A stretch of DNA of 64,000 bases from Camelus dromedarius (lineage: Eukaryota), in contig NC_087437.1 in assembly GCF_036321535.1 (NCBI RefSeq), forward strand, positions 51,648,001 through 51,712,000, read 5' to 3'. The notes beneath the pieces were generated by a model, which worked only from the letters and a program-made list of their open reading frames with translations, was not told the DNA's origin and did no database searches. Positions 49,961 to 63,800 of this stretch are shown one piece after another; the first letter of the stretch is position 1, and every line of letters starts with the position of its first letter. A program made the translations under genes and the position numbers.

Positions 49961-52789
49961 GTGTAAGAAATTGTGTACGATAATGAGAAATATTTAGGTT
50001 TATGGTTAAGAGAAAATAATCTGAGTGAACCCCATTCTGTTTTTTTAAAGTGTGTCTTGCACAAACAAAGCATACATACACACAGAAAAAAAAGATGCAA
50101 AATAAATACACTAACTATATTTTCCCCTAGGAGATGGGATTACAAATAATATTAATTTTCCATTTTTTGCTTGTCTCTATTTTCTGAATTTTCTTCAATA
50201 CGCATATACTCCTATTGTAAGAAAAAAGATTCTCTCAAAACCACAGAAGATATTTATTTTAAAAAGAGAACCCGGGCAGAAGTTCACAGATTTCCCTCAG
50301 CTGGATGAGGTGCTCATCCACCCTCTCCGAGCATCAGTTTACATGCTGCTTGGGGAGGGGGCCCTCAGCCCCTGAGACTTGGCATCTGAGTTCACCTGTG
50401 TCCTGCTAAAGCTGTACAGAGACCCCCAATAAATGTGTGAGCACCTGTGTGAGCCCACAGGGTAAGGGCCTACTGAGGTAGATTTGGTAAACTCAAACTC
50501 TAGGAGTACATTTGAATTGAAGAGTTAAAGTAAATGTTCTTAGTGGCTGTTACTTATATTGCTTGTATTATATGGGCTCACTGAGCCTGGAGACCTTAGT
50601 GCTATGAATGGACAACCCCTTCTGGCTATATGTTGTCTTGTCATTTATGCTTTCTTATTGATCACTTCATTTCATCCTCTGAGGTAAGTGCTTTCATGTC
50701 TCCCTTCTATAGAGGAAGAAACTCAACCACAGAGAGTTGCCCTGAGGCCAAAAGCTGGTAAGATGCAGGGTACTGGGCCTTTTAACCCAGAATGTCTGAT
50801 TCCGGAACCTAATTTCTTGACTACTGTGCTATACTGCATCTCACAAGATACTGGACTTAGGTTCAGAAACCTACCCTTCCAGTTCATGTGCAACCACATC
50901 TCTGGAACTCTGCTTTCTCATATGTGAGCTGGGAGTGAAGAAACCTCTATAGCCCAGCTCAGGCTGCGGTGCGGGAGCAGCGTGGGCTCCCTTCAGGCGA
51001 AGCTGGGCGTATGGAAGGGGTGATGTGATGATGGCAGGGATGGTGATGATGAATTTATTCGTGTGCCTATGAAATCTAGAAGCTGATTACTTTGCATTAA
51101 CTGGATATCCTTGAGATGACCTTTTTTTTTTTTTTCTGGACCTCTCTACAAAATAAGAAACACTTTTTATTATGTTTTCCTCTGTCTTTGACAAGATTTA
51201 GTGTATTAGACAAATTGCATTTGTTGACTAATAATTGCTTTTCTCATTCTTTTATTCATCAAAGTCATTTGTAACTTCCATAGCTTCTAATCAACATGAA
51301 ATATAAATGTCACCACACTGAGCAGCTGCAGTTCCATGCAAAAGAAAAGAGTTTGGCATTTTAGTTGGCCTGTGCAGCTTTATAAAAGGTAAATGTTTAA
51401 CTGTTGTTAAGGCTTTTAAAATAGTGAAGAAGACCCATGAACCTCCTAAGAATCTATCTTAAAGAAGGGATTTAAGTTTCAGAGGAAAAAAATGTATTTA
51501 CAAAGATGTTCATTACATTATTTATGATGTCTTAAAAGCAGAAACATACTAAATATTCATCTGTAAATAAATTAGGGCACATTTGCATATTTTCACAATG
51601 GCATATTTTGCAGCCATTAGAAGTTCTGTTCAGTCATAGAGTGAAGAAAGATTTCCTATGCAGGGCACCAAACACAGAAGTCATTAAGGGAAAGCTAACA
51701 GATTTGACACCATAAATATTAAAAAGGCTTGTCCTTGAAAGACATCATAAACAAAGTGAAGCTATGAGTGGCAAACCGAGATAAAATATGCAACAGGAAC
51801 AATATTAAAGTCATGTATTTTAATTTCCCCCATAAATCACACTCTCTTTCAGCTTCTCTTCTCTGAGGCTGAGCCATGAAGCTCATTGCCTAGAAAAAGA
51901 AGGGCAGGGACTGCCTGGGGCAGAGAGGCCCTTGAGACACTGGGTCTCAACCCTGACTTCCTTCATTTCCTTAGCAAGGCAGGAGTCTTAGATGCCAGCC
52001 TTTGTGTAGGAAAGAAAAGGAAAGATTTTGTCCTGAAGCTTGCCCTTTGATAAATCAAGCACCAGCCTGGTGGACTTTATCACAAATGTCTACACAGGGC
52101 AAACCACTATCAAGACGAAGTGGGGAAAATAGCCAGCACCCCTTCTCCAGGGAGGACTGTGGGAGGATGAGGAAGAGAGGGGAAGCAGTTGGTGAGAGCT
52201 GTTATATCCTCACTGTCCAAAATTGTAGATAGGTAGATAGAAGGAAACATCAAAAGCAGAAGAGGCCCCTGACCCCGTTTTTGTTTAGGGTTCTGGGAAG
52301 AGAAGCCTCACCAGGTACCTGCCCTGGAGCAACCCTTCTGCTTGTTTAGGCAGAAAGAAGGCCAGAGTGTAGCTCCTCAGAGTCTCCTCTGGCATTCATT
52401 GGCATGAAAGGTGTCCAGAATTTCCTGCATATCCTTGGGAGGAAGAGCCGACCCTATAGGTGAGGACTGGGAGGTCATCCAGGCTGGGAGCCAAATGGGA
52501 GTAGCAGCCAGGCTTCACAGGACGCCAGTCCACACTTTTATAGTTGTTTATGGTAGTGGTGGTGGAGATCTGGTATCAGTTACTCCATCAGGGATATAAT
52601 CAAAATCCTTTCCTTCTTTAAGTAGTTAATTTAATTGGATACACAGCTGAGTGGGGAACTGGCCCAAGGGAGTATGAGCAGAAGTAAATTAGTTCTCTTT
52701 GCTTCCTTTTCCTGATGCCTGGAATGTTACGGCTGTGATTACTAGCTGTCCCCCCAAATCTACTCTCTACAACTAACATAGTTAAAGCG

Positions 52790-54420
52790 GAGATCTCAGA
52801 AAGAAAAGAGAAGAAAGAAGGGGCAGGAAAAAAGTATATGAAGATATAATGGTCACATGTCTCCAAAATTTAGTGAAAACGTCAACCTACAGATCCACGA
52901 AGATCAGTGAGCCCCAAGCAAGATAAACAAAAATAAAACCATACCAACGTCCACCATAGTCAAACTGTTGAGAACTAAATATAAACAGAAAATCTTAAAA
53001 GTTGCCAAATAAAAGACACATTATACACAGGAGAGCAATGAAATGAATGATGGCTGACTGCTCATGAAAAACAACAGACTCCGGAAGACAATGGAATACT
53101 AACAGCTTTGAATGGCTGAAAGAAAAACCTGACCATCCAGTTTTCTATACTGAAACTATACACCTCAGAAATGAGGGTAAATTGCAATCATTTGAAAATA
53201 AATGATGCAATAGATGATGAGAGAATTCATTGACTGCAAAACCACAGTACCAGTAAAGTTCAACTAGCTAGATGCTCACTTATAGAACACCACATACAAT
53301 AGCTGCACTTTCTTTTCAAGTGCACACAAAGTGTTCAGCAGGACAGACCAATTGCTGGAGCATAATGTAAGTCTCAGTACATTTCAGAAGACTGAAATCT
53401 TATGAGTATGTTCTCTGACTACGACAAAATTGAGTTAGGTATTGATAACAACATGATAGCTAGGAAAACCCCCAAATATTTGGAAATTAAACAAGGTAAT
53501 TCTAAATAAATTATAAGTCAAAGAAAAACACAAGAGAAATTAGAAAATACATTAGAAAATAAGGCTGAATAATAATGAAGTTGTAAAACAGCAAAATCTG
53601 TGAGATTGACCCAAGCAGCACTTAGAGGGAAGTGTGTAGATTTCAGTGCTTATATCAGAAAAGTAACAAGGGCTTAAAATCAATGATTTAAGTTTCCAAC
53701 TTAAGAAAAATATATGGGTAAATCAAAGTCAAAGTAAGTAGAAGGAAGGAAATAATGAAGATAATGGTGAAGATCAATAGTCAAACCATAAAGAAAATGA
53801 ACAGAGCTGAAATTTGGTTCTATGAAAAGATTAATAAAAATAATAGATCTTGCATGAGATTGGTGAAGGAAAAAAAGAAAATTATCAATACCAGGGACAA
53901 AAGATGGAAGTCCCTAAGAATTCTCAGACCTTGAAAATATTAAAAAGGACTATTAGGAAACAATCTATGCCAATAAATTCAACAACTTAAATGAACAAAT
54001 TCCTTGAAAAACACAACTTACCTAAACTGACTCAAGAAGAAAGAGAAAACTTAAATATCCCTGTGCCCATTAAATAAATTGAATTTCTAATAATAATTTT
54101 TTAAAACCTTTCCACACAGGAAACTGGAGGCCCAGATGGTCTCATTAGTGAATTCTATCAAACACCGAAGGGAGATGGAAGGCGTGGCAAGATCACACTG
54201 TAGAAGAGCACATAGATAGGAAGTATTGTCACAGCTATATTTGGAAATTACAGTCTGCCACAATGGTGCTGAGATAGACAGATTTCTTAGGATACAAAAA
54301 GTACAAACCATAAAAGAAAAACATAAATTGAACTTACCCAAAAAAAAGTCTACTCATTGAAAGATACTTGGAGAAAATGGAAAGTCAACACCCAGACTGG
54401 GAGAAAATATTTGCAATTGT
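52790..54420 (+). mobile_element. Old L1 (L1MC-like) ORF1/ORF2 fragments
   Basis: catagtcaaactgttgagaac, ttcttttcaagtgcacac, tatgttctctgactacg, ggcccagatggtctcattagtgaattctatcaaaca. Confidence 0.85.
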
Positions 54421-54714
54421 TGTGCCTCAGAATAGGCTGCCCTGGTAGTGTCTAACTTACATCTATCAAAAGAGAAGATTGACACTTTCCATCATGTAAA
54501 TGAAGCAAAGCCATTTTACTGGGCTGATCTATTCCCAGGGAGCCAGATTAACGGAGCTGGGAAAATGTGCTTCAATTTGTTCTTTTCTGTTCATTCATCC
54601 TCATTCTAATCTGTACTCTTTTCTCCCTTTGCAGATCTCTTACCACTCAACTACTAACCCGGTTTTGCTCTCTACAGCCTCCAACTTAGCTTTCAATACG
54701 TGGAAGGAACTACT

Positions 54715-57058
54715 GGGGCTCAGAGCAGACTGCCCCAAGACATGCCACATTGACATACTGATAATTTTGTGGGGTTTTCTTTTTTAATCGAAGTATAATC
54801 AATTTACGATGTTGTGCTAGTCTGGTGTATAGTATGATGATTCAGTTATACACACAGACATATATATATTCTTTTCCATATTCTGTTTCATTATAGGTTA
54901 TTACAAGCTATTGAATACTAGTTCCCTGTGCTATAGAGTAGGACCTTGTTGTTTATCTATTTTATATATAGTAGTTAGTATCTGCAAATCCCAAACTCCC
55001 AATTTATCCCTCTTCCCCTTCCCCACTGGTAACCATAAATTTATTTTCTATGTCTGTAAGTCTATTTCTGTTTTGTAAATAAATTCATTTGTATCTTTTT
55101 TTTTTTTTTTAGATTTCACATACAAGTGACATCACACGGTATTTGTCTTTCTCTTTCTGGCTTACTTCACTTAGTACAATAATCTCTAGTTCTACCCATG
55201 TTGCTGCAAATGGCACTATTTTATTCTTTTTTTTTAAGACTGAGTAGTATTCCATTGTATAGATACAGCACATCTTCTTTATCCAGTCATCTGTCGACAG
55301 ACATTTAGGTTGTTTCCATGTCTTGATTATTGTAAATAATGCTGCTATGAACATTGGGGTGCATGTATCTTGTTGAATTAAAGTTTCCTCTCGATATATG
55401 CCCAGGAGTGGGATTGTTGGATCATATGGTAGCTCTATTTTCATTTTTTAAAACATTTTTTTAGTGAGTTATAGCCATTTTTACAATGTTGTGTCAAATT
55501 CCAGTGTAGAGCACAATTTTTCAGTTATACATGAATATACGTATACTCATTGTCACTTTTTTTTTAGCTGTGAACTACCACAAGACCTTGTATATATTTC
55601 CTGGTGCTGTACAGTATAATCCTGTTTATCTATTCTACATTTTGAAATCCCAGTCTGTCCCTTCCCACCCCCTGCCCTCTTGGCAACCACAAGTTTGTAT
55701 TCTATGTCTATGAATCTGTTTCTGTTTTGTATTTATGTTTTGGTTTTTTTTCAGATTCCACATATGAGCGATCTCATATGGTATTTTTCTTTCTCTTTCT
55801 GGCTTACTTCACTTAGAATCACATTCTCCAGGGACATCCATGTGGCTGCAAATGGTGTTATGTTATTGGTTTTTATGGCTGAATAGTATTTCATTGTATA
55901 AATATACCACATCTTCTTTATCTAGTCATCTGTTAATGGACATTTAGGCTGTTTCCACATCTTGGCTATTGTAAATAGTGCTGCTATGAACACTGGGGTG
56001 CAGATGTCTTTTTGAAGTAGAGTTCCTTCTGGATATATGCCCGAGAGTGGGATTCCTGGGTCATATGGTAAGTCTATTCCTAGTATTTTGAGGAATCTCC
56101 ATACTGTTTTCCACAGTGGCTGCACCAAACCGCATTCCCACCAGCAGTGTGGGAGGGTTCCCTTTTCTCCACAGCCTCTCCAGCATTTGTCATTTGTGGA
56201 CTTTTGGATGATGGCCATTCTGACTGGTGTGAGGTGATATCTCATTGTAGTTTTAATTTGCATTTCTCTGATAATTAGTGATACTGAACATCTTTTCATG
56301 TGCCTATTGGCCATCTGTAAGTCCTCATTGGAGAAATGTCTGTTTAAGTCTTCTGTCCATTTTTTTCATTAGGTTGGGGTTTTTGTTGTTGTTGTTATTG
56401 AGTTGTATGAGCTGTTTGTATATTCTGGAAATTAAGCCCTTGTCAATTGCCTCATTTGCAAAAAGTTTCTCCCATTCTGTAGGTTGTCTTTTTGTTTTGT
56501 TTATAGTTTCCTTTGCTGTGCAAAAGCTTAAAAGTTTAATTATGTCCCATTTGTTTATTTTTGCTGTATTGATAATTTTGAATTGAAGTTATCTGAGAAA
56601 CAGCTGGTGGGGAAAAATTATATATAATATATGAAAAAAAATCACAAAAAACAAAAAACACTTTCACCTCCTGCTTTCCCCGTGAAAGCAGAAACTAAAT
56701 CTTCCGTGTGAAGATATCCTCCCTGTACCAGGAGGATAGAAAGCATCCTTATTACCAGAGTTAGGGAATTCAAGGCTAAGAATGCTGTGTAAGCAAACTT
56801 TGTTACTTCCTCATTACTCTGTTTCCCTAAGCACAAGGCCCTTTGTGAAATCTTCCCAAATAATTGTTCCTTTTTGTAAAGATGATATATAAACAGCCTG
56901 CTTTGGTCATTTCGGGGATTCCAGTTCTATGAGACTTCTGTGTGTATGAATTAAATTGTTGGGTTTTTTTTTTTCCTGTTAATGTCTTGTGTCAATTTAA
57001 TTATTAGATCAGCCAAAAGAACTCAAGAGGGGGAGGAGGGAATTTTCCCTTCCCCAAC
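54715..57058 (+). mobile_element. ERV1 LTR (MER34-like) split by an L1 composite
   Basis: 5' piece tggggctcagagcag..gccccaag (54715-54769); the 3' piece resumes at 56567 (cctccctgtaccaggagg...cccttccccaaca). Confidence 0.75.
54770..56566 (-). mobile_element. Composite L1: two tandem 3' ends inside one TSD
   Basis: L1 3' UTR at 54785-55445 and again from 55450; ORFs 55109-55444 and 55922-56314 both encode the ORF2p C-terminus; TSD taYtgataattttg at 54756-54769 and 56567-56580. Confidence 0.9.
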
Positions 57059-57380
57059 ACAGGACCTACATATGATAAAGAATTTGTATTCAGCATATAA
57101 AAAGAAGTCTTGCAGATCGATCGTAAAAAGAAAATTCTCTTGTCCGTAAGCACAGGAGATGTTCAACTTAGTCATCAGGGAAATGCAAATTAAAACCACA
57201 CTTTGCACCCCCTTAGGATGACTAACATTAAAAAGACTGAACATTCTAAATGTTGGCAGGGGTGTGGAACAATTAGATTTTCATATATTGCTGGTGACTA
57301 TGTAAAATGGGGCAACCATTTAGGAAAATTGTGTTGAAGTTTCTTACATAAAGGTAAACATATACCATCTTATGACCCAG

Positions 57381-58243
57381 TGTGGTTGGCAGGACAATAT
57401 CCCCCACTGCCTACAAAGATGTCCACATCCCAGTCCCCAGAACTTGTGACTGTGTTACATTACGTGGCAAAAGGGACCTTGCAGATGGGATTAAATTAAG
57501 GATTTTGCAATTGAGAAAGTATCTCAGGTTATCCAGATGAGCTCAACGTAATTAGAAGGGAAGGGGGTGACATGACATTGTAAATTGACTATACTTCAAT
57601 TTAAAAACAAACAAACAAAAAAAAAAAACAAGGGAAGGGGGCCATGAGCCAGGAAATGTGGACAGCTCCAGAAGCTGAAAAAAGCACAGAAACTGAGTCA
57701 CTCTTGCTGTAGACTGAACTGTCACCCTCCACAATTCTTATGTTGAAACCCTAACCCCAGCGTGGTGGTATTTAGAGATAAGGCTTTGGGAGGTAATTAA
57801 GGTTAGATGAGGTCATAAGAGGGTCCTGGGGCCCTTATGAGGGATTAGTGCCCTTCAAAGGGGAGACACCAGAGAGCACACCTGCCCCCCATGCCAGCCA
57901 TTGTGAACACACCGCAAGATGGTGACCATCTGCAAGCCAGGAAGAGAACCCTCATCGGAACCTGACTGTGCTGGCACTCTGGTCTCAGCTTTCTGGGTGC
58001 TGAAATTGAGAAAATTAACTTCTATCCTTTAAGCCACCCAGTCCATGGTACTTTGTGATGGCAGCCCGAGCTGACTAAGGCACCCTGAGAGCCTCCGGAA
58101 AGGAACACAGCCCTGATGGCTGCAGTTTCACTCCAGCGAGACCTGGGTCAGTCTTCTGACCACAGAACTATAAAATAATGAACTTGAGCTGTTTTAAGCC
58201 CCTAAGTTTGTGGTAATTTGTTAGAGCAATAGAAAACTAATAC
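57381..58243 (+). mobile_element. MLT1D-like LTR with a nested MLT1A-like LTR (~57708-58083)
   Basis: aaagatgtccacatccc..gtggcaaaagggaccttgcagatgggattaa...gttttaagcc..taagtttgtggtaatttgtta; nested tatgttgaaaccctaacccc...ggcagcccgagctgactaag. Confidence 0.85.
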
Positions 58244-58780
58244 ACTCAGCAATTCCTCCTCTAGATATTTTTACCCAAGAGAAATGAAAACAAAAAAGTT
58301 TACAAGAATACTTGTACATGAATGTTCACAGTAGCTTTATACACAATAGTAAAAGCCTAGAAATAATCCAAATGTCCATCAACAGGAGAACGGATAAACA
58401 AACTGTGGCTTAGTCAGACAATGGAATACTGTTTAACAATTTTAAAAGAATGAACTATTGTTATATGCAGCAATATGCATGAACCTCAGAAATATTATGT
58501 TTGTTGAGTGAAAGAAACCAGACACAAATAAGTACATAATGCATGACCCATTCACATGGCGCTCAAGAAGGCGCAAAACTAATCCATGGTGATGGACATT
58601 GGAATGGTGGTTGCCTGTGGGGGTGGAGCACAAGGGAATTTTCTAGGGTGATGGACATAGCCTACATTTTGATTAGTGTGTTGGTTATATAGGGGTAAAA
58701 ATTCATAGAACCTTTTGTGTTGTACACTTGAGATCTTTGCATTTCACTGTACTTACGTTTTCCTCAGTTAAAAAAAAAAA
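58244..58780 (+). mobile_element. L1MC-type 3' end (continues the fragment at ~57075-57380)
   Basis: ttacccaagagaaatgaaaac...aaatgtccatcaacaggagaacggataaacaaactgtgg. Confidence 0.85.
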
Positions 58781-60736
58781 GAACAAATATTGGTGGACAT
58801 CTGCCAGTCTCTGGCATATCATTTATATATCCTATATTAATCACTTGACATTAAAATAACCCTTTGTGCAGTAGTTAATGTTTGCTGCTGTAATTGATGA
58901 ATCCCCAAATTCCACTGTCTTAACTCTAAAACGTTTCTCATTCACGAGAAGGCCAAGTGGCTACTCCTGATCACTGCATTTGTCTGCATCAAGCCAGCAG
59001 CAGGATTTAAGCTGAGAGACAGTGCATGTGAGGTCTGTATGGACCGTGCCTGGTGGGGACACACATCACTTTTGCTCTCATTCTGTTGGCCTGAATTTAG
59101 CCACAGAGCTACACCTAGCTGAAAGGAAGGCTAGTCCCTGTCATCTAGCCAGAAGCCCTAGAAGAAGATGAAAAGGATTTGATGATGTTAGCAGTCCCTC
59201 CCACACTGTGTTATTAAAATCTTGTATTAGCTAACACGTGTTAAATATTTACTGTTCCCCAGCAACTGTTCCAAGAGCTTTACATTTAATCTTCAACAAC
59301 TCTCTGAGGTACACACTAGTTTAATCTCCATTTTGCAAGTGAGGAAACAGAGGTGGAGAGGAATTAAATGAGTTGTCCAAGTTATGCAGCTCATCAGAGA
59401 TGGAGTCTGGATTTGAATGCAGGCAGCCTAAGTAAGACCAGAGCAGGTGGCTGTAACCACTATTTTAGGCTGCATCCATCTAAAGATTGCATAATATTCC
59501 AAATGTTTGGATGAGCCAAATTTTATTTAACCATTTTCATCTTGTGAGAGATTTAGATTATGTATCATTGGGGGCTCTATAAATAATACATTGCTGAACA
59601 ACTTAGAAAAATTTCCCCCTCCATCACAGATTAATTCCTTAGGATTCATTCTTTTTTATCTTTTAAAGCTTGCTAAATTAGGCAGATGAGGCTCTGCTTC
59701 CTCTGTGAATTATGTATTGCATACAAAGGACTTCATTATTGACAAGTCATTCATCATTGGATGTTAAATGTTTTGGTTCAGCTCTCTCAGTTTGCAAATT
59801 ACTCTCTGCAAAATATTAATCTGCTTTTGTTGATATTTGGCCCTAAGATTCTTGAGTAGACAGTGCGTCACTTTATACAACAGAGTCATCCATTTTTCAT
59901 TTGAAAAGATTTCACAGCTTTGTCTGATCCAATTCCTCAGCTGATGGAAAAAGATAGTTCCAAAAATGGGGGGCGGGGGAGGACAAAAATAGAAGTTTTA
60001 TAAGTTGAATCACATTTTTTACTTACTAGAGGCGCCTGCTTTCAAAGAGAGTCTAGGAGAAATGCCTCAGTCAGTAAAAATTTAGCCTGTGAACAATTAG
60101 CAGCCATTAGAATCAAGATAGAGAAAAGGACCAAACTGGGAGCTGGCAAATTAGTCCTCAGCCTCAGAAACGATTCAGCTTTTACAAAGTAATGGCTAAC
60201 ATTTACCAAGTGCTTGCTGTGCATCAAACACCCTGAAACATGGTACTCAGCTCAGCACTTTGCGTACTTTGTCTCATTTAATCCTTGAGACAAACCTATG
60301 GTGTGTATATTGTTAATATCCCTGTTGTACAAATGAGGGAGCTGGGGCTTGGAGGCATTCAATGCGGATGCACTATTTTTAAAAGCAGAAAACCACTCCC
60401 AACAAAACAGCTTAGAAACCTCATTCACACAGTTTATCTCTTTTTAGATTTTTCATCCGGCAGGGTTGGGGGTGGAGTGGGAATTCCACTCAGGTTGATA
60501 ATTCCAAAATCCTAAGATTCTTCTTGTTTCTCAGGTAAAAGTATAGAATAGGGTGGAAGGTTAACTAGTCTGATGAAAACCTAACCTTTCTTGAAAGCGA
60601 GTTGGAGAGTGGTTGGAGTTTGGATCACGTCCAACATTCGAGACCCAGGGCTTCTGGCATCATGACACCTGGATGTGGCAAATTCTTCTGCACCCGGGGA
60701 GGAGATTCTAGTGAAAAGAAGGTCAGAATGACTGTG

Positions 60737-60738
<2 letters not shown>

Positions 60739-60784
<46 letters not shown>
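60739..60784. repeat. (GT)n microsatellite
   Basis: Pure GT dinucleotide run of about 23 units. Confidence 0.97.
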
Positions 60785-60787
<3 letters not shown>

Positions 60788-62869
60788 AAGGGGCCTTGGT
60801 TCCAGCCACCTGAGCCAAAGCCCCTGCAGCCTTGCCAAGGCCACTGGGTCGTTAGGTCTTGGGCAGCACTGACTGAGGCACAAAAGCCCACAGGTATCAC
60901 CTGAGCTGCCTTCCTCAGGAAGCACAGCCTCCTTAAAAAGGAAAGGCACGTGCATGTGAGCTTGCTCACCCACACTGCATTCTCACACGCAAAGCAAGCG
61001 TACATGCCGTGAACACCCACACGAAGAGCAGAGCTGGCCGACTCCAGTGCCCAGGGACTCAGTGAGTTGGGGTTGTGCTGTGGGAGGGGATGGCAGGGAC
61101 ATGGGCGGATTCCTGGGGTGGCGGTGGAGCAGTGGTCAGAGCCTGTGAGTTACAGGACCTGGATTTGGGCCCTGGTATTACCACTGTCTTGTTGGGTGAC
61201 CTTAGCCAAACTGCTTAAACATAGTTCCTATATCTGAAAAGTAGGAGTCTTAATGCTACCTGACAAGTTTTCTTGTTCTGTTTTTGATAATTAAAAGAGA
61301 GGGTATGTGTGAAAGAGCCTGACAGGTAGTAAGGACTCTGTAACATTCGAGGAACCTGAATCTGGCACATTCAGGAGAACTTGTGATCCGCACAGGGAAC
61401 TGGCTGACTCGGTGGAGCTCCTGCTGGGAATGCATTAGTTACCCCTGAGGAACTGCTAACAATACTTGCCTCTCAGAAGTGGGAACGATTACTGGGGACA
61501 AGGGAGGGAGGGTCATTTGTTTTTAGAATTTTTCCCATATATGTCTATTTCCTGCTTTTAAAAAATAAGTAAAATTTAAAGTTTATTTAAAAGAACGTGC
61601 TATATTGCATCAGTGTTTTAAGGTTGTCAAAACATTGATTTATAGATGGTTTTAACTCAGACTTCAAAACAATCTTGAGAGGTATTTATCTTCATTTATA
61701 GATGAAGAAATAGAGGATCAGAGAATTGACTGACTGAAGGCCTCAAGGCTCATGGTTAGAGAGGCAGAGTCTAGCCCTGGTCCCAGGGCCCTTTATTATT
61801 TTTTTCCAGTTTTATTAAGAAATGCTTGATTCTGTGTAAGTTTAAGGCGTACAAGATGACCTGGGCCTTTTAAACCAAGTGGCTTCTACTATGACAATTA
61901 AGAGCCTGAGACTACACCCCAGGACTACCATGGCTTGGTCTGTGAAACACTGTGTGTCCTGGACAGGGGCGGTGGGGGGCTCTCAGTGCCTCAGTTTCCC
62001 TCTGTGTCAACTGCTCTGAGGCTTCATGAAGAAAGACATGGGATAAACTTGCTTTCCCCACACTTCAGTCATGTAGGCCCCTCCTCTATGCTGGCAAGGC
62101 GGTGTCCAGGGGAGAACAGACCACTGGCTCTGCCCCTCAGTGATGGGTGGCTGGGGTCCTTGACCTGCTGCCTGCATCAGCGTCACCTGGGAGCCGCTGT
62201 GCCCCCAAGGGCCCCACACTTAGTCTGGAGTGGGCTGCGTCTGGCATCATTTAGAAGCTGCCCAGGAGATGCTGTTGTGCAGTCAGGCTGAAGGCCACTG
62301 GGTTGGAGGATTGTAGTCAGGCTGCTGGGCAGTGCTGAGGCCCACCTGAGGTGAGGGTGGAGAACTACACCTTTGTCTGCATGCAGCGTGCTGGGCTGTG
62401 AACGTTTAACACAGGGCTCTGATGAACCCTGGTTCCAGGGCACCACTGACGGCAGAAGTGCAGGTACTTGAACAAAGCTTGAAACGTGATGACTAAGCTT
62501 ACCTCATTCTCCCTCCTTAGATGGAAACTGAGGCCCTTAATTAGGACCACAAATTCCACTATGGGGAGGTTGAGTCTGGGTAGAGGTTGATTTCCTGTCT
62601 CTCTAATTCCCGGAGTTTCCCTGGCTCCACTCTGTTACTCAGAAAGGAGAAGCATTCGGTCCTCCCCCATTGGAGTTTCTTCACATTTTGTGGGTCATTT
62701 GCCACCAAAGGATGTAATTGTTCATCCAGTGCCCTCTGGTGGTGACTTTTATGAGGCTCTGATTTCACAGGCATCCTAGGGGTTGGAGTTCAGAGGAGGC
62801 AGTACCTAGATGTACCTGGATGTGGCTTGGTAAGGGGAATCCAGCCCTTGGGACCAAGTGTAACCTCCA

Positions 62870-63800
62870 TATCTGTGCTGTGGCCACTGTGCCCATCATG
62901 CTGCCACTGGGGTGTCCAATGACAGAGGCTGGCTGACATCCAATGACTGAATCATTTCATCTACTCGGTTGTTCTGTGCCTCTTCTATAGTAGATGCTCT
63001 CTGGTGGGTGTTAACATGTGATCCGGAGATCTTCACACTTGGACCCACTCCCATATGTCTACTCACATCCTCTGCCTGGTCCTCCTGGTCCTCCTCATCC
63101 AACCTTTTTCCTTCCAGGCCCCTGACCAGTCAGCCACTGCCTGTGTATTTTACGTATTTTAACTTCACGACCCATCTCTTCACACAAAGGGGATGATGAG
63201 ATGTACCATCTGAAACTCTGCCTATTTGCTAGAGGGTTTCCTCCCTGTTTTTTCAAGGCCATGAGGAGGCTGTAGGTACTGTTATTTTCAGTTTGCACAT
63301 ACATAGGAAGCTGCTCTATCTGTAACCCAGGCCTGGGTTTTTTCTTCCTCTTTTGGCTGGCTGGACAGTAATCCCTCTAGCCATGGGCACGAGCTGAGGG
63401 GGGCGCTCTGGGACAACAGTGGTGGGGCCGTGCAGCTTGCCTGTGCCTTCAGGTCCTGCCCATGCTCAGCCCTGGCTGTACCATCTCCACCTTACAGTAG
63501 ACCGATACTGGGCACGCCGGACCTTATAACTTGGGAGGTCTGAAAAGACCCAGCTCTCAGTGGACAGCTCTGGCTGCTTGGTCACTTGGTGCCCCGTGGA
63601 AGTGTGTTTTGTTGCACAGGCTGATGCATAGCTCTCTGCTGCAGAGGGCATGACCTTGCTGGAAAACGCAGGGTTCTCACTGTGAGTCTCCCATGGGAGC
63701 TTGCCACCAACCCCTCAAGGCACCTTTTCCCACCACCGAAACCTTCAGCGCCAAAATGTCAGCTGGGTCATGTGGCTCAAGTGACGGAGCTGCTTGTGTG
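62870..63800 (-). mobile_element. ERVL internal relic (pol connection/RNase H region)
   Basis: ORF 63466-63651 (GHQVTKQPEL..WVFSD..KV..AQ) and ORF 62896-63102 (VKISGSHVNTHQR...NNRVD..SQPLS) resemble ERV-L pol. Confidence 0.85.

Noticed and set aside
60581..61020. ORFs with HT or CV dipeptide repeats
   Set aside because: Translation of the (GT)n microsatellite.
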